64,000 nucleotides of DNA from Octopus vulgaris (GCA_951406725.2 OX597814.1:131564001-131628000); one strand, 5' to 3'; counted from the stretch's first letter, positions 37,919 through 51,163 are shown. Translations and numbers: made by a program. Notes: generated by a model not told the origin, from the sequence alone.

Positions 37919-38280
37919 TATGTATATATACATCTACCTACATGCATATGTTTCCGTATATGTGTGAATATATACATATGTATATATGTATATACATATC
38001 TATCTATCTATCTATCTATCTGTCTATATATATAAATGTGTATGTATGTGTGTACGCATGTATGTATATATGTATGTATGTACATATGTATATATATATA
38101 TATATATACATATATATATTCTTATGTGGATGTGTGTGTGTGTAAATATGTATATACATAAGAATATATAGATATAAATGTGTGTATGTGTGTGTGAGTG
38201 TGTGCATATGGGTATACATGTGTATGTGTATTTGTGTTATATATGTGTTTGTTTGTGTATATATTTTTTTTTTTTTTTAT

Positions 38281-38335
<55 letters not shown>

Positions 38336-38600
38336 GTATGTATGTATGTATGTATGTATGTATGTATGTATGTATGTATGTATGTGTGTGTGTGTGTGTA
38401 TGCACACACATACATACACAAAGTGATTCCATGGACAAGTAAACAGATCATGAAGGGAAAAGTAAAAAAAAAAATGCTAATTTATAGATTTCTTCATTTC
38501 TGTTTATACATAAATAAAACTTACAGAATCTCATTAGAAAAAAAAAAACAAGTAAAAGTAAAATGATTTTGTCATGATTTCCATTAAAAAAAGTGATTAT

Positions 38601-38651
<51 letters not shown>

Positions 38652-38724
38652 CATACATACATATATATATATATACACATATATATACTTATATACGTAT
38701 ATATGTATATATATATATACACAC

Positions 38725-38772
<48 letters not shown>

Positions 38773-38789
38773 ATACATACATACATACA

Positions 38790-39214
38790 TATCATCATCA
38801 TCATCATCATCATCATTTAGCGTCCGTTTTCCATGCTAGCATGGGTTGGACGGTTCAACTGGGGTCTGGGGAGCCCGAAGGCTGCACCAGGCCAGTCAGA
38901 TCTGGCAGTGTTTCTACAGCTGGATGCCCTTCCTAACGCCAACCACTCCGAGAGTGTAGTGGGTGATTTTATGTGCCACCGACACAGGTGCCAGACGAGG
39001 CTGGCGAACGGCCACGCTCGGATGGTGTTTTTATGTGCCACCGACACAGGTGCCAGACGAGGCTGGCAGACGGCCACGCTCGGATGGTGTTTTTATGTGC
39101 CACCGACACAGGTGCCAGACGAGGCTGGCAGACGGCCACGCTCGGATGGTGTTTTTATGTGCCACCGACACAGGTGCCAGATGAGGCTGGCGGACGGCCA
39201 CGATCGGATGGTGT

Positions 39215-39215
<1 letters not shown>
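38790..39215 (-). mobile_element. RTE 3'UTR with four tandem 62-bp units
   Basis: Units start at 38971, 39033, 39095 and 39157 and are contiguous with the standard RTE tail and (ATC)n. Confidence 0.85.
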
Positions 39216-39247
<32 letters not shown>

Positions 39248-39277
39248 TATATATACGTATATAGATATATATGTATA

Positions 39278-39308
<31 letters not shown>

Positions 39309-39456
39309 GTATATATATATGCATATATATATACATATATATATTTATATATATAAGATAAAGAAATAAATATGCCAAAAATGTTGAAGAGAAGACAATA
39401 GTTTCAGAGTGGAATATTTATAAAAAATATTTACTATATTATTATTATTATCATCA

Positions 39457-39533
<77 letters not shown>

Positions 39534-39640
39534 GTTGTTGTTGTTGTTGTTGTTGTTATCATTATTATTCAGGATAATAATAATAATAATAACAATAATA
39601 ATAATAATAATAATAATAATATTGATGATGATGATGATAA

Positions 39641-39699
<59 letters not shown>

Positions 39700-39956
39700 A
39701 TAGCAATGCTGGTTTCATTTGTTTGCCAGTGGTGCATCAAGTGAACGAGACAATAAAAAGACAGGATTACAAAGTGTCATGGTTTATGTATAATCAGGTG
39801 AAAAGGAAAGGAGAAGTAGGTGGAGGCTGGGAATGAAATGAAAACATACATAGTATATTGTATACACTCACACACACACATACATACATACATACATACA
39901 CACATATATATCTATATATATATATATGTATATCTCTCTTTCTCTTTCTCTCTCTG

Positions 39957-39993
<37 letters not shown>

Positions 39994-40358
39994 ATATATC
40001 TGACTGGCTCTTGTGACTCCATCACTGGCCACCATCCAAACATGGCCGATGCCAGTACCCGCTGATTGGCCCTTGTGCTGGCGGCATGTAAAAAGCACTA
40101 TCTGAACGTGATCGATGCCAGGGCTGCCTGACTGGCTCCTGTGCTGGTGGCACGTAAATGCATCCACTACGCTCTCGGAGTTGTTGGCATTAGGAAGGGC
40201 ATCCAGCTGTAGAAACATTGCCAGATCAGATTGAAGCCTGGTGCAGCCGCTGGCATTCCAGACCTCAGTCAAACCATTCAACTCAAGCCAGCATGGAAAA
40301 CGGATGTTAAATGATGATGATGATGATGATGATGATGTTGATGATGATGATATATACA

Positions 40359-40431
<73 letters not shown>

Positions 40432-40435
<4 letters not shown>

Positions 40436-41767
40436 TGAGATAGGGGTTGTAAGTGCAACCCACCATGGGATAACATATATCCAATATACTGCCAGTAAAG
40501 CACCCAACAAAGTTAATACATAAATGTTAAGAATTGCGATGCAATTAATTCATTTATTGTATTATATGGGTGAAGGTAAAATGTTTTACCACAAATTAAT
40601 ATTACAAAATAAGAAAATGGAGAAACACACCTTAATCAATAATCAACCACCAGATAATACCCAATCACATAATTTATTAACCCACTACATATGAACATCA
40701 AGGTCAAACATAATAGTACAGAACAAAACAATGCACATCAATGATACAATAAGTACAATATGTATAAGTAAATATAAATAAATATAAATATAAATATAAA
40801 CTACATCTTACAGCTGTTTCAGCCATGTAGATATGGTTATCTCATTATGTTCATATTAGCCAGGTGTGACAAGTTAATATGTGGTTATAAATGAGACACT
40901 TACAAAAATATCCCAAGGCCTCTTCAGAGATTATAAAGTACAATCTAAATATGAATATCAGAGGAGGTACACCCATATAAGAGTGGGTACATACCCATAA
41001 TATGTAATATACACATACATATGAGTGCATATACCCATGCTCCTATATATATATATACACATATACATAATAATATATAATAATATCAATACATATATTC
41101 TATATTCAAGGTTACAGTTAGTCAAATCAATATATTCGAATATTACAATATACAAACATACACATATCCATATGCAAATGTACATATACAAGGTCAAGAG
41201 TTCATTATATTAAGTTACAAAATGCCATTAATATTACTATCATTGTTATTACCGTTGCCACTATTGTTATTAATATTAATATTATTATTATTATTAATAA
41301 TAATAATACCAGTAAAACAATATGTGCATCATGCAGTTCACAGTACATATTATGTGGAAAAAATCAGGTAGAATACATCAACAGCATAATATAGTGAGAT
41401 AGCAACATAATAATAACAACAATAATAATACAGTACAATGCAAAATATTATAGATCAGCAAATACATATAAAATGAAAAATTTGATTTACATCATAGCAA
41501 AATCCAGAAGTGTACATGCATACTAGTCAGAGTTTTTGACGGTGATATATATTAAGTAGTAAGTTTAGAAATAGTTTAAGATTGAAAGCTCAATACGATT
41601 GGCTGGCACATTTGAATTTCAATTGTCTTTGTTACAGTTGGTTTATTAAGAAATACTTACATACATACACACGTATATGTGCACTTACACATATATACAT
41701 GGATAAACCAAAATACAGAAAATACAAGCTTACATATACACATACATGCTTACATACATAACTACTC

Positions 41768-41770
<3 letters not shown>
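40432..41770 (-). mobile_element. AT-rich non-coding block between long (TA)n arrays carrying a hammerhead (Penelope-like/retrozyme-like)
   Basis: Bounded by (TA)n on both sides; hammerhead at 40805-40931; boundaries uncertain. Confidence 0.45.
40805..40931 (-). ncRNA. Type I hammerhead ribozyme with long helix II loop
   Basis: Minus strand ATCT-CTGAAGA-GGCC-(~90 nt)-GGCT-GAA-ACAGCTGT-A-AGAT: intact core, palindromic helix III, GUA cleavage triplet. Confidence 0.7.
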
Positions 41771-41834
<64 letters not shown>

Positions 41835-42094
41835 AGGTCTTGATATAGGAAGGCCTAAAACTCTAGCAGATCCAGTCAAGAAAACCTACAGATCCTAGAT
41901 TAACATGGCCACCAAATGTGTTTACTCTCTTTCTCCTGCTGTTCTCTGAAATACTGGCACAATGGTAATCCGTACAGTTGTCATGACCATGGTTATCATC
42001 ATCAACATCATCATCAACAGTAACATCAATTTCTGTACATTATTCTCTTAAGTGACCAGGATCACAAAAGGGTGACTTGTTTACAGCTGAGTGG

Positions 42095-42433
42095 AGAAGG
42101 TAAAGACCCCCGCCCCTTCGGTCATGAATGATGATGGAATTCCACCTCAAAAGGTACCTTCTGAGGCACAAATCCAAGCAAGCTTGTTTATAGAAGACTA
42201 GCTGTCACCCATGCATGCCAGCTTCCTGTCTCCATGCCACTGCTGTTATCCAAAGGAAAGGCAAAGGCTGATATAGCTTGCCACCAGTGACGTTGCAACT
42301 CATTTCTACAGCTGAGTGAACTGGTGCAACATGAACTAACGTGTCTTGCTCAAGAACACAATATGCAACCTGGTCCGGGAATCGAACTTACTACCTCATG
42401 ATTGTGTGCCTGATGCTCTAACCACTGAGCCAT
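42095..42433 (-). mobile_element. tRNA-derived CORE-type SINE (family C)
   Basis: Minus-strand head atggctcagtggttagagc...ttcgattcccgga...ttcttgagcaagacac. A second copy is split at 46840-46965 and 47370-47505. Confidence 0.75.
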
Positions 42434-42599
42434 AAGAGCTGCATGAAATGAAGTGTTTTTGTCAAGAACACAATGCATCCTCAGTTTGGGAATCGAAAGC
42501 TTGACTGTGTGATCGTGAGTGCAACACCCTAAATCACTTGAAGTTAAGTGGCCCTCATCATCATTGGCAGCATTAATTCATATTTCAGTAGTTAATCTG

Positions 42600-42995
42600 T
42601 TGTGAGCGATTGAGCCTCTTCATCCTGATGGATGGAGAAGGGTGCTGGTGCCTGAAGTGGCTGTTCAGGATAAGGGCAGTATAGAAGAGCCATGGGGCAT
42701 TTAATGCAGGAGAGGGCAAGTGGTTGACGAGGAAGTGTGAGTTGCTCTTTGCCTTCTCAACATCTGATCTCTGCCTCTTTGAATCTGTTATTTACCATCT
42801 GGGCCATTCCCTTGATGATGACAAGACACAACTTTGGGTGGTCCTTAGTGATTGTCTCCCAGCTATTTGGGCCAATGCTGCAGCAGAAGAGAGTGGTCTT
42901 GAGTTGGTCTCGCAAACAGAATTTGAGGGCTCTGCATGGTCTGGTGCCTGAAGCCAACACTGCAAAAGTAGGAGTTGACAGTGGGAGGCCCTAAA
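42600..42995 (-). mobile_element. BovB-like RTE LINE C-terminal fragment, old
   Basis: LASGTRPCRALKFCLRDQLKTTLFCCSIGPNSWETITKDHP...CIKC...LNSHFRH resembles the RTE/BovB C-terminus with its terminal C2H2 finger. Confidence 0.6.
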
Positions 42996-43412
42996 GAATA
43001 TCAAATCTAATTTGAGTTTAACATGATTCTCCTCAATTCAAGTTGACTTTTCATCACCAATCATCATCACCTGAAGAATGTGAAAGTTTCATGAAGAACC
43101 AAGAATACCAGAAAAATTTCCTTCCCCCCTCCTCTTCCTCCTCCTCCTTATGTCCTTGTGATGTTCTTCTCATCTATACTCCTGTAGCTAATAAAAGAAA
43201 TTCTTCTTCTTCTTCTCATTCTCATTCTCATTCTCCTCCTCCTCCCTCTTCTTCTCATTCTCATTCTCCTCCTCCTCCTCCCTCTTCTTCTCATTCTCAT
43301 TCTTCTTCTTCCCCTCCTCCTCCTCCTCCTCTTCCCTCTTCTTCTCATTCTCATTCTTCTTCTTCCCCTCCTCCTCCTCCTCCTCCTCCTCCTTCTTCTT
43401 CTTCTTTTTCTT

Positions 43413-43472
<60 letters not shown>

Positions 43473-44554
43473 TTTATTATTATTATTATTATCATCATCA
43501 TCATCGTTATTATTGAATAAAGGTGGTGAACTGGCACAATTGTTAGCATGCTGGACGAACTGCTTTGCAGAATTTCGCCCGTTGCTGTTCTGAGTTCAAA
43601 TTCCACCAAGACCAACTTTGCCTTTCATCCTTTAGGGGTCGATAAATTAAGTACCAGTTGTGTATTGGAGTCAATCTAATCGACCGCTCCCAGCCTCTCT
43701 CAAAATTTCAGGCCTCGTGCCTATAGTAGAATTGATTATTATTATTATTACTAAATGTTCAGTCAGATGTCAGAGACCATACATTTGTTTTGTTTTTTCT
43801 TTACCTTGAAAACACTGTATGACAAATATTTGTTTGTGCCACAATATTTTAATGATTTAACATTATACACAGCAGTATATCTCCAACTTTCTACTTTTTC
43901 CTCCCTCTTTTCACCCTCTCCATGTGTAACTTGTTTGCTTTAAAATACGTCCTTGGTGTTATTGGCAGGTGCAGCTTATTTTGAAATATAAGAAACTATG
44001 AATCTATTAATTTTCTTTTATTTGATTTCTTTCTTGTCTTGTTGTTATTGCATTATTTTGATGTTATTGCTGTTAAATTTCCTGCTCCTCATCATATTCC
44101 TTTATTTATTTATTTTCATTCCCCACATCAATATTTATGTGTTAACAAGTATCTCTTATTTGTCTTCTTCAGCACAAGATGTTGATTGTCATTTATTGTA
44201 GGCATGTGCTTCTCAGAAGATGAAGTGTTCAAAGCAAAACAAAATTGATTAAAAAAAAAAAAAATAATAATAAAATGGGTTGTTAAATATTATAAACATA
44301 TCAGGGAAATGAATTTATTTTTTTTCACATTGACTTGATTTAAACAAACATTGCTGCATAAATACACAAAAGGCAAAATCCATTGTGATAAATATTGATC
44401 TATCAGTGTCGTCACCACCACCACCACCATCATACCACCACCACCGCTGCTGCCATCACCACCACCATCACCAATATTATTATTATTATCATTATTATTA
44501 TTATTGTTGTTGTTGTTGTTATTATTATTATTATTATTACTATTATTATCCTCC

Positions 44555-44591
<37 letters not shown>

Positions 44592-45577
44592 TTATTATGA
44601 ATTAGTCATTGGATGAAGGTACAATACTGAAGACCCTTTTAGGGTATCTATATGTGGTAGGAAGAAAGTATCAGAAGTCATGAGTTGCTGCAGTAGGAAG
44701 CAGCACTCCAAGATACTGAATTATCATTAAACCCTTGACATGGTTTGAATGTTTCCAATGAAATTTCTCTTTCACACTTTACCTAAGCCATTAATTATAA
44801 GTATTAATTTTTTTCTAGGAGATTAGATTGTATTGACTCTGATAAAGCTCCATGTTCTAATTCGAATGTCCTATGAAGAGGAAAAAATATCATTTTCACA
44901 ATTCTTTATAGGCACTGATTGACATCGGAAGCGGAAACGGGTGTAAGAATTATTATGTCACTGGCATCTGTGCTAGTGGAGCACTAAGAGCACCATCCGA
45001 GCGTGATCGCTGCCAGAGCGGCTAACTGGCGTCTGTGCTGGTGGCACGTAAAAACACCCACTACACTCTCGGAGTGGTTGGCATTAGGAAGGGCATCCAG
45101 CTGTAGAAACTCTGCCAGATCAAGATTGGAGCCTGGTGCAGCCATCTGGTTTGCCATTCTTCTAGCAAATCGTCCAACCCATGATAGCATGGAAAGCGAA
45201 CGTTAAACGATGATGATGATGAGGAGGAGGAGGAAATATTATGCCATGTTTTGTATTAAATAATAAGCTTTAGATGTAGTCCAGTTGTCATCGTCATGAG
45301 AGAATTAAAAATTAAGCATTGGCATATATGTTCCTCTGTTGCATGTTGTAACTGGTCTTATGATTACTGAGAGTTAACTATGTCAGTTAAAAGTTACACG
45401 AGATTTATCTGTTTACTTATTGATAACTAATAACTAATTCTAATATCTGAAAAATGAAAAAAGCAAGCAGAAAACAGAAGAAAGCACACAAAAAAAAGAG
45501 AAAAAGTGAATTAGGAAGGTCTAGATATCCCATGCATATTTTAATGTTGCATGATGGTTATTGTCATAGTTGTCTGG

Positions 45578-45753
45578 TTCTTCTTCTCCTGCTTCTTCTT
45601 CTTCTTCTTCTTCTTCTTCTTCTTCTTCTTCTTCTTCTTCTTCTTCTTCTTCTTCTTCTTCTTCTTCTTCTTCTTCTTCTTCTTCTTCTTCTTCTTCTTC
45701 TTCTTCTTCTTCTTCTTCTTCTTCTTCTTCTTCTTCTTCTTCTTCTTCTTCTT
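45578..45753. repeat. Long (CTT)n/(GAA)n triplet repeat
   Basis: More than 50 nearly pure units. Confidence 0.95.
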
Positions 45754-45853
45754 CCCTCCTCCTCCTCCCCTCCTTCTCACTACAACCACGACCATGACCA
45801 CCACCAGCACCACGACGATGACGACGACGACGACCACCACCACTGCTGCCGCC

Positions 45854-45886
<33 letters not shown>

Positions 45887-46289
45887 ATCATCAACCAGTG
45901 GCCTTTTAGATTCTGCAACTACCGATATAATGTATGGCTTGATGCATTGTATTACATGTGTGTGTATAATACTATGTGTATAGCTCTTCAAGATCTACTC
46001 TACTCTCATTCTATAGCAAGCAAGCACGCTCAGAAAAATATTTAAAAAATCAAAGCAGAAAACAAAAAGGAAAATGCAAAAAAAACATTGTCTTTCAAAT
46101 AACACCATTTTCTCAGATTTTTCTAGGTCTGAGAATACATATAGCACAAATGGCACACATACACACAAGAGACATATACCATAAATATATTATAAGCAAG
46201 GACATTAGCCATGTCTCAATGGTGCATTTAATACCAAAAACATCGTTATCAGAATTGACTTCTTTCCATTTTTGTAAAGGTAGTAAACT

Positions 46290-46695
46290 ACACAGGCGCA
46301 GGAGTGGCCGTGTGGTAAGTAGTTTGTTTACCAACCACATGGCTCTGGGTTCAGTCTCATTGCGTGGCACCTTGGGCAAGTGCCTTGGGTTGACCAAAGA
46401 CTTCTGAGTGGATTTGGTAGATGGAAACTGAAAGAAGCCCGTCGTATATATGTATATATATATGGGTGTGTGTGTGTGTGTATATGTTTGTGTGTCTGTG
46501 TTTGTCCCCCCAAGATCGCTTGACAACTGATGCTGGTGTGTTTATGTCCCCGTAACTTAACGGTTCAGCAAAAGAGACGATTAGAATAAGTACTAGGCTT
46601 ACAAAGAATAAGTCCTGGGATTGATTTGCTCAGCTAAAGGCGGTGCTCCAGCATGGCCACAGTCAAATGATTGAAACAAGTAAAAGAGAACAAGA
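46290..46695 (+). mobile_element. SINE family B
   Basis: Full head, core and tail. Other copies at 46966-47362(-), 58214-58570(+) and 59985-60270(+). Confidence 0.85.
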
Positions 46696-47574
46696 GTTAC
46701 TAGATCAATAAAGTGGGTACAATAAAGGCACATGGCTTAGTGGTTACAGCATCAGGCTCACAATCTTGAGTTATTGCGTTCAATTCCTGGACTGGGCTAT
46801 GTGTTGTATTCTTGAGCAAGAAAGTTTATTTGATGTTGTTCCAGGCAAGATTGTTTATGGAAGACCATCCGCTGCCCATGCGCATCTCCTCTCCATGCCA
46901 CCAATGTCATCCAAAGGAAAGGCAAAAGCCAATACAGCTTGGCACTAGTGAGGTCACAATTCATATACTCTTTTACTCTTTTACTTGTTTCAGTCATTTG
47001 ACTGTGACCATGCTGGAGCACCACCTTTAATCGAGCAAATCGACCCCAGGGCTTATTCTTTTTGTAAGCCCAGTACTTATTCTATCAGTCTCTTTTGCTG
47101 AACCGCTAAGTAACGGGAACATAAACACACCAGCATCGGTTGTCAAGCAATGCTAGGGGGACAAACACACACACGCATATATATATACATACATATATAC
47201 GACGGGCTTCTTTCAGTTTCCGTCTACCAAATCCCCTCATAAGGCTTTGGTCGGCCCGAGGCTATAGTAGAAGACACTTGCCCAAGGTGCCACGCAGTGG
47301 GACTGAACCCGGAACTATGTGGTTGGTAAACAAGCTACTTACCACACAGCCACTCCTGCACCTGAAATATCTAAAGCTGAGTGAATTGGAACAACAAGAA
47401 ATAAAGTGTCTTGCTCAAGAGCACACCACATAGCCTGGTCTGGGAATCAAACTCACTACCTAATGATTGCAAGCTCGATGCTCTAACCACTGAACCATGC
47501 ACCTTCATATATTGTAGGATTGAAAATGTAATCTGTTGGTAGAAATAATATGCCTGTACCCACTTATTCTCTAC

Positions 47575-48472
47575 TCTATACTCTTTCACTTGTTTCACTC
47601 ATTTGACTGCGGCCATGCTGGAGCACCGCCTTTAGTCGAGCAAATCGACCCCAGGACTTATTCTTTGTAAGCCTAGTACTTATTCTATCGGCCTCTTTTG
47701 CTGAACTGCTAAGTTACGGCGACGTAAACACACCACCATCGGTTGTCAAGCGATGTTGAGGGACAAACAAAGACACACAAACATATACACACACATACAT
47801 ATATATATATACCGTAAATCCTCGAGTATAGACCGCCCTTGAGTATAATACGCATGAGATTTTTAGGGGGCTGTACCTCTGAAAAACCTAAACCTTGTAT
47901 ATAATACACATCCCTTCTCTAACATGAGTCAAGGTGGTCTATATATTGTCCTTGGTTTGTAAAAATGTATACGGTAACGTCCTTTATTATTGTTGTATAT
48001 ATAACATAATGCAAACAAGTAGCTTTTTTGTGCATTTTGTTTGCAGAAAATAAAGAAATAACAGTAATAACGTTTAATAAATATTGCTTACTGCATGTTA
48101 TGAATGATTCTTTTAGGACTTTATTGCTTTCAGGCCTAGCTTAAGGTATTTTTGCGCCCGACATCACAAAATGTGTCTGAATAAACATTGCCGGACAGCA
48201 AATAGAGACTCGGACATTGCTTAGAATATATTTTTCATTTTTTACCTCGCATATAGGATTTTGATCTTTATATTTGGGAAAAAATTCAGATTATACTCGA
48301 CGATTTACGGTACACATATATATGACGTGCTTCTTTCAGTTTCTGTCTACTAAATCCACTCCCAAAGCTTTGGTTGGCCCGAGGCTATAGTAGAAGACAC
48401 TTGCCCAAGGTTCCAACCTGGAACCATGTGGTTGGTATGCAAGCTACTTACCACACAGCCACTCCTGCACCT
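47575..48472 (-). mobile_element. SINE family B split by a MITE
   Basis: 3' half at 47575-47811 and 5' half at 48311-48472. Confidence 0.85.
47812..48310. mobile_element. pogo/Tigger-type MITE
   Basis: TA|ccgtaaatcctcgagtata ... tatactcgacgatttacgg|TA (one mismatch). Confidence 0.88.
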
Positions 48473-48670
48473 ATGGGTCAATATAATTTTTAAATTATTA
48501 AATTTAATGATTTGAGCTATCTAGCTTTAAGGATAATATAAAGCTTATTAAATATATTTAGTAAACTGCTTGAACATGAGAATAACACATGATTTGGTCT
48601 TAAATCTTAACCGCTCAAATGATAGTGGTTTTGTTTTTGCCTTGTCGTGTACCTTTTATAGTGGAATTTT

Positions 48671-49128
48671 CGGATCTTTTCGGTTTGAACGGCAGTTTTT
48701 TAAAATAATTTCCACATAACTAAACACTTTCAAATGTTGTATACTGGTAGAATGTGTTTATAAAACATCTTTTTCTCTTGGCTTTATTGAGAAAATTCTA
48801 TGGTTTGTAAGATATTTGTTGTTTTTTTTCTTCAATTTCTGCAATTTCAACCAATCAATGACGTCTATTGAGGTAAAAAACATTCTGTGCCGTATGAATA
48901 TGTCCCTCGTTTAAGAAACAGATTGGGTTTATTTACATTTCTGAAGAAAAAAAGATACCCTTCCCCCCACCCCTAACCCTAAACCTAACCCTAACCCTAA
49001 CTAACCCTAACTAACCCTAACTCTAAAACAGATTGAAATGCAATAGATCGATACTAGGGTCATAATTATGGGTGACAATTTCATATGACACCGCTAGAAA
49101 AAACTGCCGTTCAAACCGAAAAGATCCG
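48671..49128. mobile_element. MITE with perfect 31-bp TIRs, 6-bp TSD and internal telomeric repeats
   Basis: TIR cggatcttttcggtttgaacggcagtttttt; TSD aatttt; (CCCTAA)n-like array at 48971-49020. Confidence 0.9.
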
Positions 49129-49879
49129 AATTTTCTTAGGTATGTGTACACATTTAATTCTGTCTATTATTACCACCACTCGAATTCTATTTGCTATTTA
49201 GGATGTAATAATCCAACATTATTTTAGCAGTTTTTTTATATATTCTTAGGTAATATCTGTACAAGTTGTCTCCCTTTAACTATAAATTTTCATTTGACCA
49301 TATTTATTTATCGATTTTTCTTAAACTGCAGTAGGATACAGGCAGCAGTGTACCACTTATATCACAGTCTTCTTCCCCCACCCTTTACTTAGACATGTTA
49401 GTAATTTTCTTGTATCATTATTTTATTTTGCTAATTTCTTTCCACAACTTTTAAAAACATCTTGGTTCTCCCATTTATACTGAAATACCCACCCCCACCA
49501 ATTTTCTTTCCTACACCATTACTAGATCACACTTTTACCTACGGATTTTGAAGCCCTATGTTGGTAGATTGTGTGTTTTTTATATATTGGGCTTTCAGAT
49601 TTCTTCTCTAGGCCATGTTTTTCTTTCCTATTCTTTCTTCCTTTTGTCTATTTGGAAGCTTTTGAATTAACTCTGATGAAGGACCCCCGTGTTCTAATAC
49701 GAAGGTCCTATGAAGAGGTAAAAATATTATTTTCACAATTCTTTATAGGCACTGATTGGCAACGGAAGCGGAAACGGGCGTAAGAATTATTATGTCACAT
49801 CACTATTATGTCATGTTTTGTATTAAATAATAAGCTTTAGATGTAGTCCAGTTGTGTTGTTTGTTGATCTAATGTTTAC

Positions 49880-50270
49880 TCTGTGTATAATTCCACTTTC
49901 AAATAACACAATTACAAGAAGACAGGATGAAATGTCTAATTTTGTTGAGGAAAAGATTGTGGAAATTCTCCAAAAGACAAAATTTTTCTATCCAGGTTGA
50001 TGATAGCACAATTCATAACCAAGCTATTATTCTGGTCTATGTCAGATTCATCCATGAAGATGATATAAGGGAAGAAATGTTATTCATTAAAAGTTTGTCT
50101 GAAACTACCAATGGAGAAGATATATTCAATGAAGTAATGCAATATTTTAATGATAAAAATATTCGATTGACTAATTTGATCAACATTGCATCAGATGGAG
50201 CTGCAGCCATGACTGGAAAAGTGAAAGGCTTTATTTCTAGAAGGAAATCAGTTGCTCTTCATATTTTCTG
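49880..50270 (+). pseudogene. hAT (Buster/Charlie-like) transposase fragment
   Basis: FSIQVDDST...LVYVRF...EEMLF...TTNGEDIF...ASDGAAAMTG; truncated at (TA)n. Confidence 0.88.
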
Positions 50271-50346
<76 letters not shown>

Positions 50347-50402
50347 AAGGTGCATGGCTCAGTGGTTAGAGCAGCTGGCTTGCAATCATATATATATATA
50401 TA

Positions 50403-50456
<54 letters not shown>

Positions 50457-50716
50457 ATAATTGTTATAAATAACTTAATTATTCATAGTCTGGTATAGTA
50501 TTTCAGAATATAAAAATTCCTTCTTCAGATATTGCTAGGAATTACTCAAGTGACTGTTAGAATTGATTTTCTAACGGTTACTGAAATATTTTTCGGGAGT
50601 GTTGGAAAACTGTGAGACAGCATGTTCTTTGTCTATCTCCTTAACTTCTTGGAGATTTTAGGTATAATTATACTAATGTATCCATCTGTTCTAATTTAAT
50701 TAAATTCTATGTCTTT

Positions 50717-50805
50717 GTGCAGCTGAAGATTGCACTGCATTTTAAATTCATGTAATGATTGCATTGTTCAATTAAATGGAGTTGCATGAAACAATTGTAC
50801 TGCAT
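50717..50805 (+). ncRNA. Type I hammerhead ribozyme
   Basis: GTGCAG-CTGAAGA-T-TGCA-(~48 nt)-TGCA-T-GAA-ACAATTGT-A-CTGCAT, inside a ~500-bp block (50453-50955) flanked by (TA)n. Confidence 0.72.
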
Positions 50806-50950
50806 TACCTCTGGATATCCTTATTGCTTATTTTGATTTTAATCACCTTACTTTGAAATTGTATGGATAATACCGTACTACATTCTGGTGCCTCAACTTA
50901 AGTACCATATTCATCGGAATCTAAGTTTTTGCTGAACTCATCTACCATAC

Positions 50951-50994
<44 letters not shown>

Positions 50995-51068
50995 CAGTCC
51001 TTTGTAAAGTTGTACGGTAGTAGGTAGTTTGGTGGGTACCCGCTACCATACAACTTTACAAAGGACTG
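50995..51068. mobile_element. 74-bp Tc1/mariner-type mini-MITE (hairpin)
   Basis: TA|cagtcctttgtaaagttgtacggtag ... ctaccatacaactttacaaaggactg|TA; 26-bp arms with one mismatch. Confidence 0.8.
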
Positions 51069-51163
51069 TACCTACTCAGGTAATCACCAAGAGTGCCTTT
51101 GGATTTAATCATCCCTTAGAGGTTTTAAACTCCTCTGACTGATACCTACACTATATATGTATA

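Noticed and set aside
38971-39215. CRISPR-like or HDV-ribozyme-like appearance of the 62-bp repeats
   Set aside because: There are no unique spacers and no cas genes, the context is a eukaryotic LINE 3'UTR, and no P1/P2 pairing supports an HDV fold.
42600-42995. GC-richer stretch as a host exon
   Set aside because: The minus-strand translation resembles a decayed BovB-like RTE C-terminus with stops.
48971-49020. Telomere or chromosome-fusion scar
   Set aside because: The array is short and internal to a TIR/TSD-bounded MITE.
49670-49720. CTGATGA-AGGACC...GGTCCT hammerhead candidate
   Set aside because: There is no GAAA or helix III after helix II, in this copy or its paralogue at ~44840.
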